DNA of 61,372 nt, the filler included. It is 5 parts of 5 records of this genome, joined end to end, with 100 filler letters (N's around TTAATTAATTAA, not from the genome) between each part and the next. Parts side by side here need not be neighbours in the genome. Positions count along the whole stretch, not along the records: positions 9,292 to 27,452 come from DRR378314_1607; 4 more parts are not named here. One strand, given 5' to 3'. Below are positions 11,956-25,257 of the stretch, one piece after another (position 1 is the first letter of the stretch; each line of letters starts with the position of its first letter). A model generated the notes under the pieces. That model saw nothing but the letters and a program-made list of their open reading frames with translations. It had not been told where the DNA came from and ran no database searches. The position numbers and the translations under genes were made by a program.

Positions 11956-12381
11956 ATGAACGAACAGCATTTTCTCGCCGACGAGCAGGCCACGCTGGAT
12001 CTGGGCGCGGCGCTGGCGTCGCGCCTGGGCGCCGGCCAGTGTGTGTATCTGCACGGCGACCTGGGCGCCGGCAAGACCACGCTGGTGCGCGGCCTGCTGC
12101 GCGCGCTCGGCCACGCCGGCTCGGTGAAGAGCCCGACGTACACCCTGGTGGAACCCTATGACGTGGCCGGCGTCCATATCTATCATTTTGATTTATATCG
12201 GCTCGGGGACCCCGAGGAACTGGAGATGATCGGCATTCGCGACTACTTTGACGGTCATGCGCTGTGCGTGCTGGAGTGGCCTGAACGTGGAAGCGGGGTT
12301 ATTCCGCCGCCGGACCTCACCGTTACCCTGGCCGTGGAGAAACAGGGACGATATGCGAAGCTGGAATGGGCCGATGGCTGA
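11956..12381 (+). CDS. tsaE: tRNA threonylcarbamoyladenosine biosynthesis ATPase
   Basis: GDLGAGKTT, VKSPTYTL, HFDLYRL, EWPE. Confidence 0.96.
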   Translation: MNEQHFLADEQATLDLGAALASRLGAGQCVYLHGDLGAGKTTLVRGLLRALGHAGSVKSPTYTLVEPYDVAGVHIYHFDLYRLGDPEELEMIGIRDYFDGHALCVLEWPERGSGVIPPPDLTVTLAVEKQGRYAKLEWADG

Positions 12382-13723
12382 TAACTGTGTCCGAAGGATG
12401 CGCCGCAACGGACTGAGGATGGCCGTGTTGATCGCCGGCCTGCTGGCGATGGTCGGCGCCCGCGCGGCGATCACCGTGGATTCCGTGCGCCTGCACCGGG
12501 CCCCGGACCACACCCGTATCGTCTTCGATCTGCCCGAGCCGGTGGAGCATACCCTGGACAAGCTGGCCGACCCGGACCGGGTGGTGGTGGATCTGATGGA
12601 CGCGGATCTGGCCTTCGACGTGAGCGCCCTGGACTACAAGGACAGCCCGATCGAGAACATCCGCGTCGGCAAGCACGATGACAAGACGCGGGTGGTGTTC
12701 GACCTCAGCGCCGCGGTGCGCCCGCGCACCAACCTGCTGAAACCGGTGGACCCGCACAGCTGGCGGCTGGTGGTGGATCTGTTCGACAGCGACCCGAAGC
12801 CGGTGAAAACCATCGAGGAACCCGAGGCCGACAGCGGCGAACCGCGCCAGATGATCGTCGCCATCGACCCGGGGCACGGCGGCGAGGACCCGGGCGCCCT
12901 GGGCCCCGGCAATTTGCTGGAAAAAGAGGTGGTGCTGCAGATCGCCCGCAAGGTGAAGGCGCGCATCGACCGCGAGCCGGGCATGAAGGCGGTGATGGTC
13001 CGCGACGGCGACTACTACGTGCCGCTGGCCGAGCGCCGCCGGGTGGCGCGCCAGGACAACCACGCGGATGTGTTTATTTCCATCCACGCGGACGCCTTCA
13101 CCGACCCGCGCGCCCACGGCGCCAGCGTGTTCGCCCTCTCCAATCGCGGCGCCACCAGCGCCCGCGCCGCCTATGTGGCGAAAATGGCCAACGAGTCGGA
13201 CAAAGTGGCCGGGGTCTACGAGGAAGAGAAGGACGATTCCAACCTGCTCAATGTGCTGGCGGACATGCGCATGAGCGGCTCCATGGCCCACAGCCTGTAC
13301 CTGGGCCGCCAGATTCTCGAAGAAATGGGACAGATCACCAAGCTGCACGGCGGCCGCAAGACCGTGGAGCAGGCCGCCTTCGTGGTGCTCAAGGAGCCGG
13401 AGATGGTCTCCGTGCTGGTGGAAACCGGCTTTATTTCCAACCGGGAAGAGGCGCGCAATCTCAGTTCCAGCGCCCACCAGGAAAAGCTGGCGCGCTCCAT
13501 CGTCAACGGCGTGAAGCAGTATTTCCGCACCCATCCGGCGCCGGGCAGCTGGTTCGCCGCCCAGCGCCGTGAGAACGGCGAGCAGCATCGCATCCAGCCC
13601 GGTGATACCCTGTCCGGCATCGCCCGCCAGTACCAGGTCTCCGAGCAGGCCCTGCGCGCCGCCAATGATATTCGCGATGACCGCATCATGGTGGGCCAGA
13701 CCCTGACCATTCCCCGGTCCTGA
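12374..13723 (+). CDS. amiB: N-acetylmuramoyl-L-alanine amidase (AMIN + Amidase_3 + LysM)
   Basis: IDPGHGGEDPGA, FISIHADA, VETGFISN and a C-terminal LysM (GDTLSGIA). Position between tsaE and mutL is conserved. Start uncertain (12374, 12398 or 12419). Confidence 0.9.
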   Translation: MADNCVRRMRRNGLRMAVLIAGLLAMVGARAAITVDSVRLHRAPDHTRIVFDLPEPVEHTLDKLADPDRVVVDLMDADLAFDVSALDYKDSPIENIRVGKHDDKTRVVFDLSAAVRPRTNLLKPVDPHSWRLVVDLFDSDPKPVKTIEEPEADSGEPRQMIVAIDPGHGGEDPGALGPGNLLEKEVVLQIARKVKARIDREPGMKAVMVRDGDYYVPLAERRRVARQDNHADVFISIHADAFTDPRAHGASVFALSNRGATSARAAYVAKMANESDKVAGVYEEEKDDSNLLNVLADMRMSGSMAHSLYLGRQILEEMGQITKLHGGRKTVEQAAFVVLKEPEMVSVLVETGFISNREEARNLSSSAHQEKLARSIVNGVKQYFRTHPAPGSWFAAQRRENGEQHRIQPGDTLSGIARQYQVSEQALRAANDIRDDRIMVGQTLTIPRS

Positions 13724-13757
13724 CGGCACAACCCGGTTTTAGTAAAGAGAGTTCCCT

Positions 13758-15614
13758 GTGGCAAAGATTCATCGGCTGGATTCCCGGCTCGCCAACCAGA
13801 TCGCCGCCGGCGAGGTGGTGGAGCGCCCCGCCTCGGTGCTTAAGGAGTTGCTGGAAAACGCGCTCGACGCCGGCGCCCGCCAGATCAGCGTGGACGTGGA
13901 GCAGGGCGGCACCAAGCTGATCCGGGTGCGCGACGACGGCAGCGGCATCGACCAGGATGACCTACCGCTGGCCCTGTCCCGCCACGCCACCAGCAAGATC
14001 CGCGGCCTCGAAGACCTGGAGGCGATCGGCACCCTCGGTTTCCGGGGCGAGGCGCTGGCGGCGATCAGTTCGGTGTCGCGGTTGAGCCTGGCCAGTAACA
14101 GCGGCGACCAGGCCGAAGGCTGGCAGGTCACCGTGGAAGGGCGCGACATGGCGCCGTCCGTGGCGCCCACCGCGCACCCGCGCGGCTGCACCGTGACCAT
14201 GCGCGACCTGTTCTTCAACACCCCGGCCCGGCGCCGTTTCCTGCGCACCGAAAAAACCGAATTCAACCACCTGGAAGAGGTGTTCCGGCGAGTCGCCCTG
14301 AGCGAATTCCAGACCGGCTTCCGCCTCAGCCACAACCAGAAAGTGATCCACCAGCTGCCGCCCGGAGACGACGAGACCCTGCGCGCCGCCCGTGTGGCGC
14401 GGTTGTGCGGCCGCGCCTTCATGGATCAGGCGCTGACCGTGGATATCGAGCACGCCGGCCTGCGTCTGCACGGCTGGATGGGCCTGCCCACCTTCTCCCG
14501 GTCCCAGGCGGATTTGCAGTATTTCTACGTCAACGGTCGGGTGATCCGCGACAAGGTGGTCAGCCACGCGGTGCGCCAGGCCTACGCGGACGTGCTCTAC
14601 CACGGCCGCCACCCGGCCTATGTGCTGTTCTTCGAAGTGGACCCGGCGCTGGTGGATGTGAACGTGCACCCCACCAAGCACGAGGTGCGGTTCCGCGAAC
14701 AGCGCATGGTCCACGACTTCCTGTTCCGCAGCCTGCACCGGGCCATCGCCGAGGTGCGCCCCGGCGAGGGTCAGCACGGCGAGGGCCGCCCCGGCGACGC
14801 CGCGCCGGCCATGGAAGAGGGGCCGGCGCCCAGCCAGGGCCATATGGCCCTGGGCACCCCGGCCAGTGGCGCGCCGGGCGTCTCGGAGGGGCCGCGCCGG
14901 TCCTTCGGCGGCGGCTACGGCGGTGCGTTCAGCGGTGGCACGATCGCCGACGGCGCCCGCCAGGCCGGCGCCTACGGGCAGATGGTGTCGGCCACGCCCG
15001 CGCCCGGCGGTGACCCGGAGGCGTCGCACACGCCGCCGCTGGGCTATGCGGTGGCGCAGCTGCACGGCATTTTCATCGTCGCCGAGAACGAGCACGGCAT
15101 GGTGCTGGTGGATATGCACGCCGCCCACGAACGGATCACCTACGAGCGTCTGAAACGGGACTGGGCCGAGGAGAAAGTGCGCAGCCAGCCGCTGCTGGTG
15201 CCGGTGTCCATGGCGGTATCCTCCCGCGAGGCGGATTTCGCCGAGCAGCAGCCCCAGGTGTTCCAGCGCCTGGGTTTCATGGTCGAACGGGCCGGCCCGG
15301 AAACCCTGGTGGTGCGCGAGGTGCCGGCGCTGCTGCGCAACGCGGACAGCGAGACGCTGGTCCGGGACGTGCTCAGCGATCTGCTCGCCCACGGCAGCAG
15401 CGAGCGCATCGAGCAGCAGTTGGACGCGCTGCTCTCGTCCATGGCCTGCCACGGCAGCGTGCGCGCCAACCGGCGGCTCACCGTGCCGGAGATGAACGCC
15501 CTGCTGCGCGACATGGAGGCCACCGAGCGCTCCGGGCAGTGCAACCACGGGCGCCCCACCTGGACCCAGATGAGCGTCAAGGAGCTGGACCGGCTCTTCA
15601 TGCGGGGGCAGTAG
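13758..15614 (+). CDS. mutL: DNA mismatch repair endonuclease MutL
   Basis: [38 protein letters not shown]. Confidence 0.98.
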   Translation: MAKIHRLDSRLANQIAAGEVVERPASVLKELLENALDAGARQISVDVEQGGTKLIRVRDDGSGIDQDDLPLALSRHATSKIRGLEDLEAIGTLGFRGEALAAISSVSRLSLASNSGDQAEGWQVTVEGRDMAPSVAPTAHPRGCTVTMRDLFFNTPARRRFLRTEKTEFNHLEEVFRRVALSEFQTGFRLSHNQKVIHQLPPGDDETLRAARVARLCGRAFMDQALTVDIEHAGLRLHGWMGLPTFSRSQADLQYFYVNGRVIRDKVVSHAVRQAYADVLYHGRHPAYVLFFEVDPALVDVNVHPTKHEVRFREQRMVHDFLFRSLHRAIAEVRPGEGQHGEGRPGDAAPAMEEGPAPSQGHMALGTPASGAPGVSEGPRRSFGGGYGGAFSGGTIADGARQAGAYGQMVSATPAPGGDPEASHTPPLGYAVAQLHGIFIVAENEHGMVLVDMHAAHERITYERLKRDWAEEKVRSQPLLVPVSMAVSSREADFAEQQPQVFQRLGFMVERAGPETLVVREVPALLRNADSETLVRDVLSDLLAHGSSERIEQQLDALLSSMACHGSVRANRRLTVPEMNALLRDMEATERSGQCNHGRPTWTQMSVKELDRLFMRGQ

Positions 15615-15615
15615 C

Positions 15616-16590
15616 GTGCCCGACCCGATTATCCTCCTGATGGGCCCCACCGGGGCCGGCAAGACCGAGCTGGCGATCCAGGCCGCCGAAACCCTGCCCG
15701 TGGAACTGATCAACGTGGATTCGGCGCTGGTCTACCAGGGGCTGGACATCGGCGCGGCGCGGCCCTCGGCGGCGGAGCTGGCGCGGGCGCCGCACCGGCT
15801 GATGGGGTTCCGCGACCCGGCCCGGCCCTATTCGGCGGCGGATTTCCGCGCCGACGCCCTGGCGGAAATCGAGGCGATCAGCGCCGCCGGCCGCATTCCG
15901 CTGCTGGTGGGCGGCACCATGCTCTACTTCAAGGCGCTGGTGGAAGGCCTGGCGCCGTTGCCCGAGGCCGACCCGGCGGTGCGCGCGGAAATCGCCGCCC
16001 TGGCGGAGCGGGAAGGCTGGCCGGCGGTGCACCGCGAGCTGGCCCGGGTGGACCCGCCCAGTGCCGACCGTCTCAAGCCCACGGATGGCCAGCGGCTGCA
16101 GCGCGCCCTGGAGGTGTTCCGCCTTACCGGCCGGCCGCTGAGCGCCTTTCACGGCGAGCACGACACCGCCGCCACGCCCCTGGGGGACGGCTTTTTCCGC
16201 TTCCCGGGCCTGGACCGGCCGGTGCTGAGCCTGGCGGTGGTGCCGCCGCGCCCGGAGCTGCACCGGCGCATCGAACACCGCTTCATGGCCATGCTGGAAG
16301 CCGGGCTGGTGGAGGAAGTGGCGGCCTTGCGCCGGCGCGGCGACCTGCACGCCGAGCTGCCGGCGCTCAAGGCGGTGGGATATCGCCAGGTGTGGCGCTA
16401 TCTGGAGGGCGATTGGGATTACCCTACCATGGTGGAAAAGGGTATTATTGCCACACGGCAGTTGGCCAAACGGCAGCTTACCTGGCTGCGTAAATGGCCT
16501 GGAGTGGAAACCTACGACAACACCCGTGACGAGGGTCGCATCGCCTGTAAAGAGCGGCTTGCAGGGGTTTGTAAAACCGTGTTTAGTTGA
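15616..16590 (+). CDS. miaA: tRNA dimethylallyltransferase
   Basis: [38 protein letters not shown]. Confidence 0.97.
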   Translation: MPDPIILLMGPTGAGKTELAIQAAETLPVELINVDSALVYQGLDIGAARPSAAELARAPHRLMGFRDPARPYSAADFRADALAEIEAISAAGRIPLLVGGTMLYFKALVEGLAPLPEADPAVRAEIAALAEREGWPAVHRELARVDPPSADRLKPTDGQRLQRALEVFRLTGRPLSAFHGEHDTAATPLGDGFFRFPGLDRPVLSLAVVPPRPELHRRIEHRFMAMLEAGLVEEVAALRRRGDLHAELPALKAVGYRQVWRYLEGDWDYPTMVEKGIIATRQLAKRQLTWLRKWPGVETYDNTRDEGRIACKERLAGVCKTVFS

Positions 16591-16832
16591 CTCGCGGACT
16601 GTTTTTTTAAGGCTTGTTTTATTGGGACCAAGCCCCATAAAAGAACAACGAGTTAACAGGGCTTTCGGATGGTGGGGTCGGAAACTTTTCCTCGGGAAGG
16701 CTGCCATAGAAGTCCCATGGCCCCAGGACCGACCGGCATGGATGGCCGGCGGCACGTGGCCCGGACGTTAGCGCTGATAATTGCCCGCACTGTTTGGGCA
16801 CCCACTTTTTATGACTCTTAAGGAGATTTGCC

Positions 16833-17126
16833 ATGTCAAAAGGGCACTCGCTACAAGACCCTTTTCTCAATGCCCTGAGAAAGGAGCGCATCCCGGTTTC
16901 GATCTTTCTGGTGAACGGCATAAAGTTGCAGGGACAGATTGAGTCCTTCGACCAGTACGTGGTGCTGTTGAAGAACGCCGTCAGCCAGATGGTCTACAAG
17001 CACGCTATTTCCACCGTGGTTCCGGCCCGTAATCCGCGTGCCGCGGGCACCGGCGGCAACCCGGCCATGGCCGGCACGGCGGCACCGCAGAACGACGGCC
17101 CCGGCGAGGACTTCGGCAATCAGTAA
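16833..17126 (+). CDS. hfq: RNA chaperone Hfq
   Basis: [34 protein letters not shown]...YKHAIST. Confidence 0.99.
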   Translation: MSKGHSLQDPFLNALRKERIPVSIFLVNGIKLQGQIESFDQYVVLLKNAVSQMVYKHAISTVVPARNPRAAGTGGNPAMAGTAAPQNDGPGEDFGNQ

Positions 17127-17151
17127 GCCGATTCCCGGATTTCGCCCCCGT

Positions 17152-17183
17152 CAAAGCCACGCCGTCCGGCGTGGCTTTGTTTT
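17152..17183 (+). terminator. Intrinsic terminator-like hairpin after hfq
   Basis: CAAAGCCACGCC-GTCC-GGCGTGGCTTTG followed by TTTT. Confidence 0.7.
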
Positions 17184-17195
17184 ATATTGAGGTCT

Positions 17196-18566
17196 ATGGA
17201 TCTATTCGATCGTACAGAACAGGTTCGTACCGGCGCCGGTGAGAAAGCGGTGCTGGTGCATATCGACCTGCCCGACGCCCTGGGCCGCGAGGACCTGGAC
17301 GAATTTCATCATCTGGTGACCTCCTCCGGGGTGGAGCCGGTGGTGGAGTTGCTGGGCAAGCGCGACCGCCCCGACCCGGCGTTGTTCATCGGTTCCGGCA
17401 AGGCCGAGGAGCTGGCGAACCTGGTGCGTGAGCACCAGGCCGACGTGGTGCTGTTCAACCACGGCCTGAGCGCCGGCCAGGAACGCAACCTGGAGCGCGC
17501 GGTGAAATGCCGCGTGCTCGACCGCACCGGTCTGATTCTGGATATTTTCGCCCAACGGGCGCGTACCCACGAAGGCCGTCTGCAGGTGGAGCTGGCGCAA
17601 TTACAGCATCTCTCCACCCGGCTGGTGCGGGGCTGGACCCACCTGGAGCGCCAGAAGGGCGGTATCGGCCTGCGCGGCCCGGGTGAGACCCAGCTGGAAA
17701 CCGACCGCCGCCTGCTGCGCGAGCGTATCCGCTCGATCCAGGCGCGGCTGGACAAGGTGCGCAAGCAGCGCGCCCAGGGCCGGCGCGCCCGGGACCGTTC
17801 GGAAACCCCGCTGATCTCGCTGGTGGGGTACACCAACGCCGGCAAGTCGACGCTGTTCAACGCGCTCACCACCGGTGACGTCTACGTGGCCGACAAGCTG
17901 TTCGCCACCCTGGACCCGACCCTGCGCAAGGTGCGGGTGCCCGGGGTGGGGCCGGCGATTCTTGCCGACACCGTGGGCTTTATCCGCCACCTGCCGCACC
18001 GGCTGGTGCAGGCGTTCCGCGCCACCCTCGAGGAGACCGTTAACGCGTCCTTGCTGCTGCATGTGACAGACAGTAGTGTCGAAGAGAGCGACGCCAACGT
18101 GGCCGCGGTGAACGAAGTCCTGGAAGAAATCGGCGCGGATACCGTGCCCGTGCTGCATGTTTACAATAAGGTGGACGCCCTGGAAGACGCGTCGCCGCAC
18201 CTGGAACGCGATGAACAGGGGCTGCCCTGGCGTGTCTGGTTGTCGGCGCGCACCGGCGAGGGCTTCGACCTGTTGCATCAGGCGATCGCCGAGCGGCTGG
18301 CGGACCGCTGGGTGGACCGCTGGTTGCGGTTGCCTCCGGAGGCCGGCCGGCTGCGGTCGCGCCTCCATGAGGCCGGCGAGGTGCGCGAGGAACAGGCGGC
18401 CACCGACGGCGGCATGCTGCTGCGGGTACATGTCAATCGGGTGCACTTCGAACGTCTGCTGCGCGAAGCCGGCCTGCGTGAAGAACAGGTCCGTGTTCAT
18501 GACCCTTCGGTTGCAGAGACGGATACCCCTTCCTACAATCCTGAACGCTCGCACAGAGCGGGATAA
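17196..18566 (+). CDS. hflX: Ribosome rescue GTPase HflX
   Basis: GPGETQLETDRR, GYTNAGKST, FATLDPT, DTVGFI, NKVD. Confidence 0.97.
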   Translation: MDLFDRTEQVRTGAGEKAVLVHIDLPDALGREDLDEFHHLVTSSGVEPVVELLGKRDRPDPALFIGSGKAEELANLVREHQADVVLFNHGLSAGQERNLERAVKCRVLDRTGLILDIFAQRARTHEGRLQVELAQLQHLSTRLVRGWTHLERQKGGIGLRGPGETQLETDRRLLRERIRSIQARLDKVRKQRAQGRRARDRSETPLISLVGYTNAGKSTLFNALTTGDVYVADKLFATLDPTLRKVRVPGVGPAILADTVGFIRHLPHRLVQAFRATLEETVNASLLLHVTDSSVEESDANVAAVNEVLEEIGADTVPVLHVYNKVDALEDASPHLERDEQGLPWRVWLSARTGEGFDLLHQAIAERLADRWVDRWLRLPPEAGRLRSRLHEAGEVREEQAATDGGMLLRVHVNRVHFERLLREAGLREEQVRVHDPSVAETDTPSYNPERSHRAG

Positions 18567-18577
18567 CGGAGAATTCA

Positions 18578-19774
18578 ATGGCCTGGAATGAACCCGGCGG
18601 AAACAAACCCAGGGACCCCTGGGGCGGGGGCGGCGGCGGTGGCGATCAGCGACCGCCCGATCTTGATGAAGCGCTGAAAAACCTTAAGGACCGCATCAAC
18701 AACCTGTTCGGCGGCAAAGGCGGCGGCGGTGGCGGCGGCAACAAGTCGTCCGGCGGCTTCCCCGGCGGCCTGCTGGCGGTGGCGCTGGTGGTGCTGGTGG
18801 TCGGCTATGTGCTGATGGGCTTTTACCTGGTGGATCAGCGCGAGCGCGGCGTGGTGCTGCGCTTCGGTGAGTTCAACCGCATGGTGGACCCGGGCCTGAA
18901 CTGGCGCGCGCCGATCATCGAGCAAAGCATGTCGGTGGACGTGGGCCAGAACCGCAGCTACGAAATCAGCGAGGAAATGCTCACCGAGGACACCAACATT
19001 GTCGCGGTGACCCTGGAAGTCCAGTACAAGGTACTCGACCCCCAGGCGTTCCTGCTGCGCGTCGGCGCCCCGGAAACCATTCTTCAACACGCCACCAGCT
19101 CGGCGCTGCGCCATGTGGTGGGCAGCTCGACCATGGACGACGTGCTGCGCGACCGCCGCGAGGACATTCGTCTGCTGGTGCGCGAGCGGTTGCAGGAGTA
19201 TCTGGACCGTTACAACACCGGCCTGGTGATCAACCAGGTGGTGCTGGACAAGACCGCCGCGCCGGAAGCGGTGCGTGATGCCTTCGACGACGTGGCCAAG
19301 GCCAAGGAAGACGAAGACCGCTTCAAGAAAGAAGCCGAGGCCTACTACAACTCGGTGATTCCGGAAGCCCGCGGCCAGGCCGCGCGCATCACCGAGGAAG
19401 CGGAAGCCTACAAGGTCCGCGTGGTGGCCGAAGCCGAGGGTGACGCCGCCCGCTTCAGCGACCTGGTGGCGGAATACCGCAAGGCACCGGAAGTGACCCG
19501 TCAGCGTCTCTACCTGGACAGCCTCACCGAGGTGTTCAGCAACTCCAGCAAGGTATTGCTGGACGCGCAGGGCAGTGACAGCCTGATGTACCTGCCTCTG
19601 GACCAGATGTTCAAGGGCAAGCAGCCGGTGTCCGGTGACAGCGGCGCCGCCAACCGTGGCAGTGGAACCGGCTCCTCTTCGCCGACCACCTCGAGCGCCG
19701 GCGCCGATGACGGCGGCAGTGGCCGCTCCGGCTCGCGCAGTCTGTACCAAAGCAACCGCACGGAGATTCGCTAA
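18578..19774 (+). CDS. hflK: FtsH protease modulator HflK
   Basis: MAWNEPG N-terminus, one TM helix, SPFH domain, APEVTRQRLY. Confidence 0.97.
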   Translation: MAWNEPGGNKPRDPWGGGGGGGDQRPPDLDEALKNLKDRINNLFGGKGGGGGGGNKSSGGFPGGLLAVALVVLVVGYVLMGFYLVDQRERGVVLRFGEFNRMVDPGLNWRAPIIEQSMSVDVGQNRSYEISEEMLTEDTNIVAVTLEVQYKVLDPQAFLLRVGAPETILQHATSSALRHVVGSSTMDDVLRDRREDIRLLVRERLQEYLDRYNTGLVINQVVLDKTAAPEAVRDAFDDVAKAKEDEDRFKKEAEAYYNSVIPEARGQAARITEEAEAYKVRVVAEAEGDAARFSDLVAEYRKAPEVTRQRLYLDSLTEVFSNSSKVLLDAQGSDSLMYLPLDQMFKGKQPVSGDSGAANRGSGTGSSSPTTSSAGADDGGSGRSGSRSLYQSNRTEIR

Positions 19775-20847
19775 TGGGCACACGTAGCTGGCTTATGCTG
19801 GTGGCATTGGGCGTGCTGTTGCTACTGGCTCTGGACTCGTTTTACATCGTCAACGAAACCGAAAAAGCCGTGCTGAAGCGATTCGCGCGGGTGGAGAAAG
19901 CGGACATCGAGCCGGGGATTTACCCGAAGGTGCCGCTGATCGACGACGTGGTGCGCGTAGACGGCCGCCTGCTCACCCACGACGTACCCACCCAGTCGTT
20001 TCTGACCGCGGAAAAGAAACTGCTCAACGTGGACGCTTTCGTGACCTGGCGCATCGCCGACGTGCAGCGCTACATCGTCAGTGTCGGCGCCGGCGTCAAC
20101 GACGGCCTGGCCATGGAACGCCGTGCCCGGGAGCTGCTCGATCCGCGTGTCAACGAGGCGCTGCGTAACCAGTTCGCCAATCGTACCGTGCAGGAAGTGG
20201 TGGCCGGCCAGGGCGGGGCTTTGCCCGACGACGCCCTGGATCCCACCGCGGACCTGCTCAGCGGTGGCGACGGCGAGCCGAAAACCACCTCCGAAGTGGA
20301 GGCGGACGCCGAGGCTGAGGCGGAGGCCGCCGACGACGGTGGAGAGTCCACCGACACGGCGGCGTCGTCACTGGGCGACGAGACCGATCAGCGCGAGAAG
20401 CTGATGAACTCCGTGGCCCAGGAAGTGAACGCCGCCACCCTGGAGGATCTGGGTATCGAAGTGGTCGACGTGCGCGTCAAGCAGGTGGACTGGCCGGATC
20501 AGGTGCGTGGCCGGGTATTCGACCGGATGCGCGCCGAACGTGCCCGTGACGCCGCCGAGCACCGGGCGCGGGGCCGCGAGGACGCCGAGCGCATCCGCGC
20601 CGCCGCCGACCGCCAGCAGACGCAGATCGTGGCCCAGGCCTACGAGGAAGCGCAGCGCCTGCGCGGCGCCGGCGACGCCCGCGCCACCTCGATCTACGCC
20701 AACGCCTATGGCAAGGACGAGGAGTTCTTCCGCTTCTACCGCAGCCTGCAGGCGTACCGGGAAAGCTTCGACTCCAAGGAAGACGTGCTGATCCTCTCCC
20801 CGGACAGCGAGTTCTTCCAGTACATGAAGCAGAATCGCGGACGCTGA
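19774..20847 (+). CDS. hflC: FtsH protease modulator HflC (with a 60-aa acidic insertion)
   Basis: SPFH domain; LGIEVVDVRVKQ, RMRAER, FYRSLQAY, LSPDSEFFQY. Confidence 0.95.
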   Translation: MGTRSWLMLVALGVLLLLALDSFYIVNETEKAVLKRFARVEKADIEPGIYPKVPLIDDVVRVDGRLLTHDVPTQSFLTAEKKLLNVDAFVTWRIADVQRYIVSVGAGVNDGLAMERRARELLDPRVNEALRNQFANRTVQEVVAGQGGALPDDALDPTADLLSGGDGEPKTTSEVEADAEAEAEAADDGGESTDTAASSLGDETDQREKLMNSVAQEVNAATLEDLGIEVVDVRVKQVDWPDQVRGRVFDRMRAERARDAAEHRARGREDAERIRAAADRQQTQIVAQAYEEAQRLRGAGDARATSIYANAYGKDEEFFRFYRSLQAYRESFDSKEDVLILSPDSEFFQYMKQNRGR

Positions 20848-20910
20848 ACGCCGGGTGCCCGCCGCCGGGCGGCGGGTATCTGCCCCTCGGGGGACGTGTT
20901 AGAATCCATC

Positions 20911-20937
20911 AACCGGGTCACGAGGCCCGGTTTTTTT
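20911..20937 (+). terminator. Intrinsic terminator-like hairpin between hflC and hisZ
   Basis: AACCGGGTC-ACGA-GGCCCGG followed by T7. Confidence 0.6.
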
Positions 20938-21004
20938 GTGGCCGCCACCTCTGCCGGCCCTCCGTTGGACCCCTGTGTCGATTGAATACCCTCGGGATCG
21001 TAAG

Positions 21005-23495
<2,491 letters not shown>

Positions 23496-23513
23496 CGCCG
23501 TCGCGGCCGGCCG

Positions 23514-25178
23514 TCACTCCGTGGCGCCGGCCGCCGACCAGTCCAGGCGGATGTCATAGCCGTCGATACGCTTCTCCGGTTTCAGTGGCGTCACTTCGTC
23601 CGGATTGATGTGCCGGTAGACGTTCTCCGCCGGCTTCAGCGTGGCGTCGCGGCCGTACAGATAGCTCTGCTCTTCGACGATCAGCTTGTAGGCCTTGTTC
23701 AGCGCCAGGGCCCGTTCGCGGCTGGGCGTGATCAGCTCGTAGACGTCGGCGCCGGCCACCTTGTCGCGCTTGAGGCTGCCGTCCTCGTTGAACCAGCGCG
23801 CCTGCATCTCGTCGTTTTCGCGGAACTCATTGCCGCCGCCCACCAGCCGCAGGTACTGGGCGATCTCGCCCTCGTCCTGGTTGATCGCCGGGGCGTCGCG
23901 CATGCCCTTGATGTCGATGTAGCCCCAGCCCTCGGCGCCGGTGACCTTGCGCGGGAAGGCGAAGGTCTGGTCGATGGTGGTGCCCACGGTGGTGTGGCAG
24001 CCCATGCAGAAGCGCTGCTCCTGATTGCTCTGCGGGCGCAGGCTGCCGTCTTCTTTCTCGATGAAGCCCAGCACCATCCAGCCGAAGCCGTTGTCCATGC
24101 CCCGGTCGCCGTGGTCGGTGTAGTAGGGCAGGTTGCCTTCGGCTTTTTCCTGGTGCTCGTTGCCGTACAGGGATTTCAGGTGGGCGCTGTTGTAGAAGCG
24201 GATCTTGTTCATATAGCGCACTTCCTTCATGCGCGGCGGCAGGCCGATGCCGCCGTGCGCGTCCACGCCCACATAGCGGACCGTGTGCAGGAACTCGATA
24301 CCCTGCGGGTAAAGCATGTCACTGACCGGCACGTCGGCGGCGCCGCCCAGGTAGTGGTCCCGCTTCAAGAGGCTGCGGGCGGTGCCGAGGGTGCCGTCGC
24401 CGTCCAGGTCGGCGCATACCGCCTGCTCGTCGATGGGCGGCGTGCTGATGCGGTCGAGCTCCTTGATCGCCATCTCCATCAGCGACAGGTTGGCCAGGTA
24501 GACGTCCCGGGACGCCTGGCCCTCATCGGCGCAGGTGCTGGTGCGGAACGGCTCCGGCAGCCGCACCATGACGTCGTCGGTGCTGCCGTTGGTGGGCCAG
24601 AAGGTGCTCGGCAGCGGCTTGTAGTTGAACGCCACCCAGTGGCTGCCGTCCTTGGCGAAGCCTTGCTCGTCGAACGCCCGGGCGCCCTGCTGCAGGCCTT
24701 CGATGTAGGGCACCGGGCCCTGCCAGTCGCTGTCCTCGGCGAGGGCGGTCATCGCCGGGGTGTAATTGTCCTGGTTGATGTAATCGATGATGGCCTGGTC
24801 GGACATCTTCGCCACCTGCTCGCGGCGGTCCACGAACAGGTTGAGCCAGTGGTTGGTTTCCCCCAGCTCGGAAAAGTCATAAGCGCCCTGCAGATAGCCG
24901 TCCCACATGGTGTTCGGGCGGGCCCGGTCCTCGTAGGTCTGGTGGCAGGTGTAGCAGGGGTTGAAGTCGCCTTCGGTGCGGGTATAGCACTGCGGCGGAA
25001 TCGGTGCTTCCTGGTTATAGATGCTGTCGAGGTCCGGCGGCAGCTGGCGCCGCAGCGCCGTGTTGTCGGCGGCGGCCGGGCCGGATTTGCCCGCGCCGGT
25101 GTCCGCCGGTTGGCTCTCCGCCGGGTCGCAGCCCGCCAGAACCAGTGTGGCAAGCAGCATTGGGATGATCATTTTCAT
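23514..25178 (-). CDS. Uncharacterised lipoprotein with two c-type heme motifs (putative di-heme cytochrome c)
   Basis: Lipobox LAGC; CYTCH and CMGCH; DLDGDG Ca-binding-like loop; 554 aa. Confidence 0.75.
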   Translation of the reverse strand: MKMIIPMLLATLVLAGCDPAESQPADTGAGKSGPAAADNTALRRQLPPDLDSIYNQEAPIPPQCYTRTEGDFNPCYTCHQTYEDRARPNTMWDGYLQGAYDFSELGETNHWLNLFVDRREQVAKMSDQAIIDYINQDNYTPAMTALAEDSDWQGPVPYIEGLQQGARAFDEQGFAKDGSHWVAFNYKPLPSTFWPTNGSTDDVMVRLPEPFRTSTCADEGQASRDVYLANLSLMEMAIKELDRISTPPIDEQAVCADLDGDGTLGTARSLLKRDHYLGGAADVPVSDMLYPQGIEFLHTVRYVGVDAHGGIGLPPRMKEVRYMNKIRFYNSAHLKSLYGNEHQEKAEGNLPYYTDHGDRGMDNGFGWMVLGFIEKEDGSLRPQSNQEQRFCMGCHTTVGTTIDQTFAFPRKVTGAEGWGYIDIKGMRDAPAINQDEGEIAQYLRLVGGGNEFRENDEMQARWFNEDGSLKRDKVAGADVYELITPSRERALALNKAYKLIVEEQSYLYGRDATLKPAENVYRHINPDEVTPLKPEKRIDGYDIRLDWSAAGATE

Positions 25179-25205
25179 GAGCGCGAACCCTGAACATAAA
25201 AACAG

Positions 25206-25236
25206 AAAAAGGGGAGGGCGCTATGCGCTCCTCCCC
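25206..25236 (-). terminator. Intrinsic terminator after phoX
   Basis: Minus strand reads GGGGAGGAGCGC-ATA-GCGCCCTCCCC followed by TTTTT. Confidence 0.6.
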
Positions 25237-25257
25237 GGGTCCGGAAAGCCGGATCAA

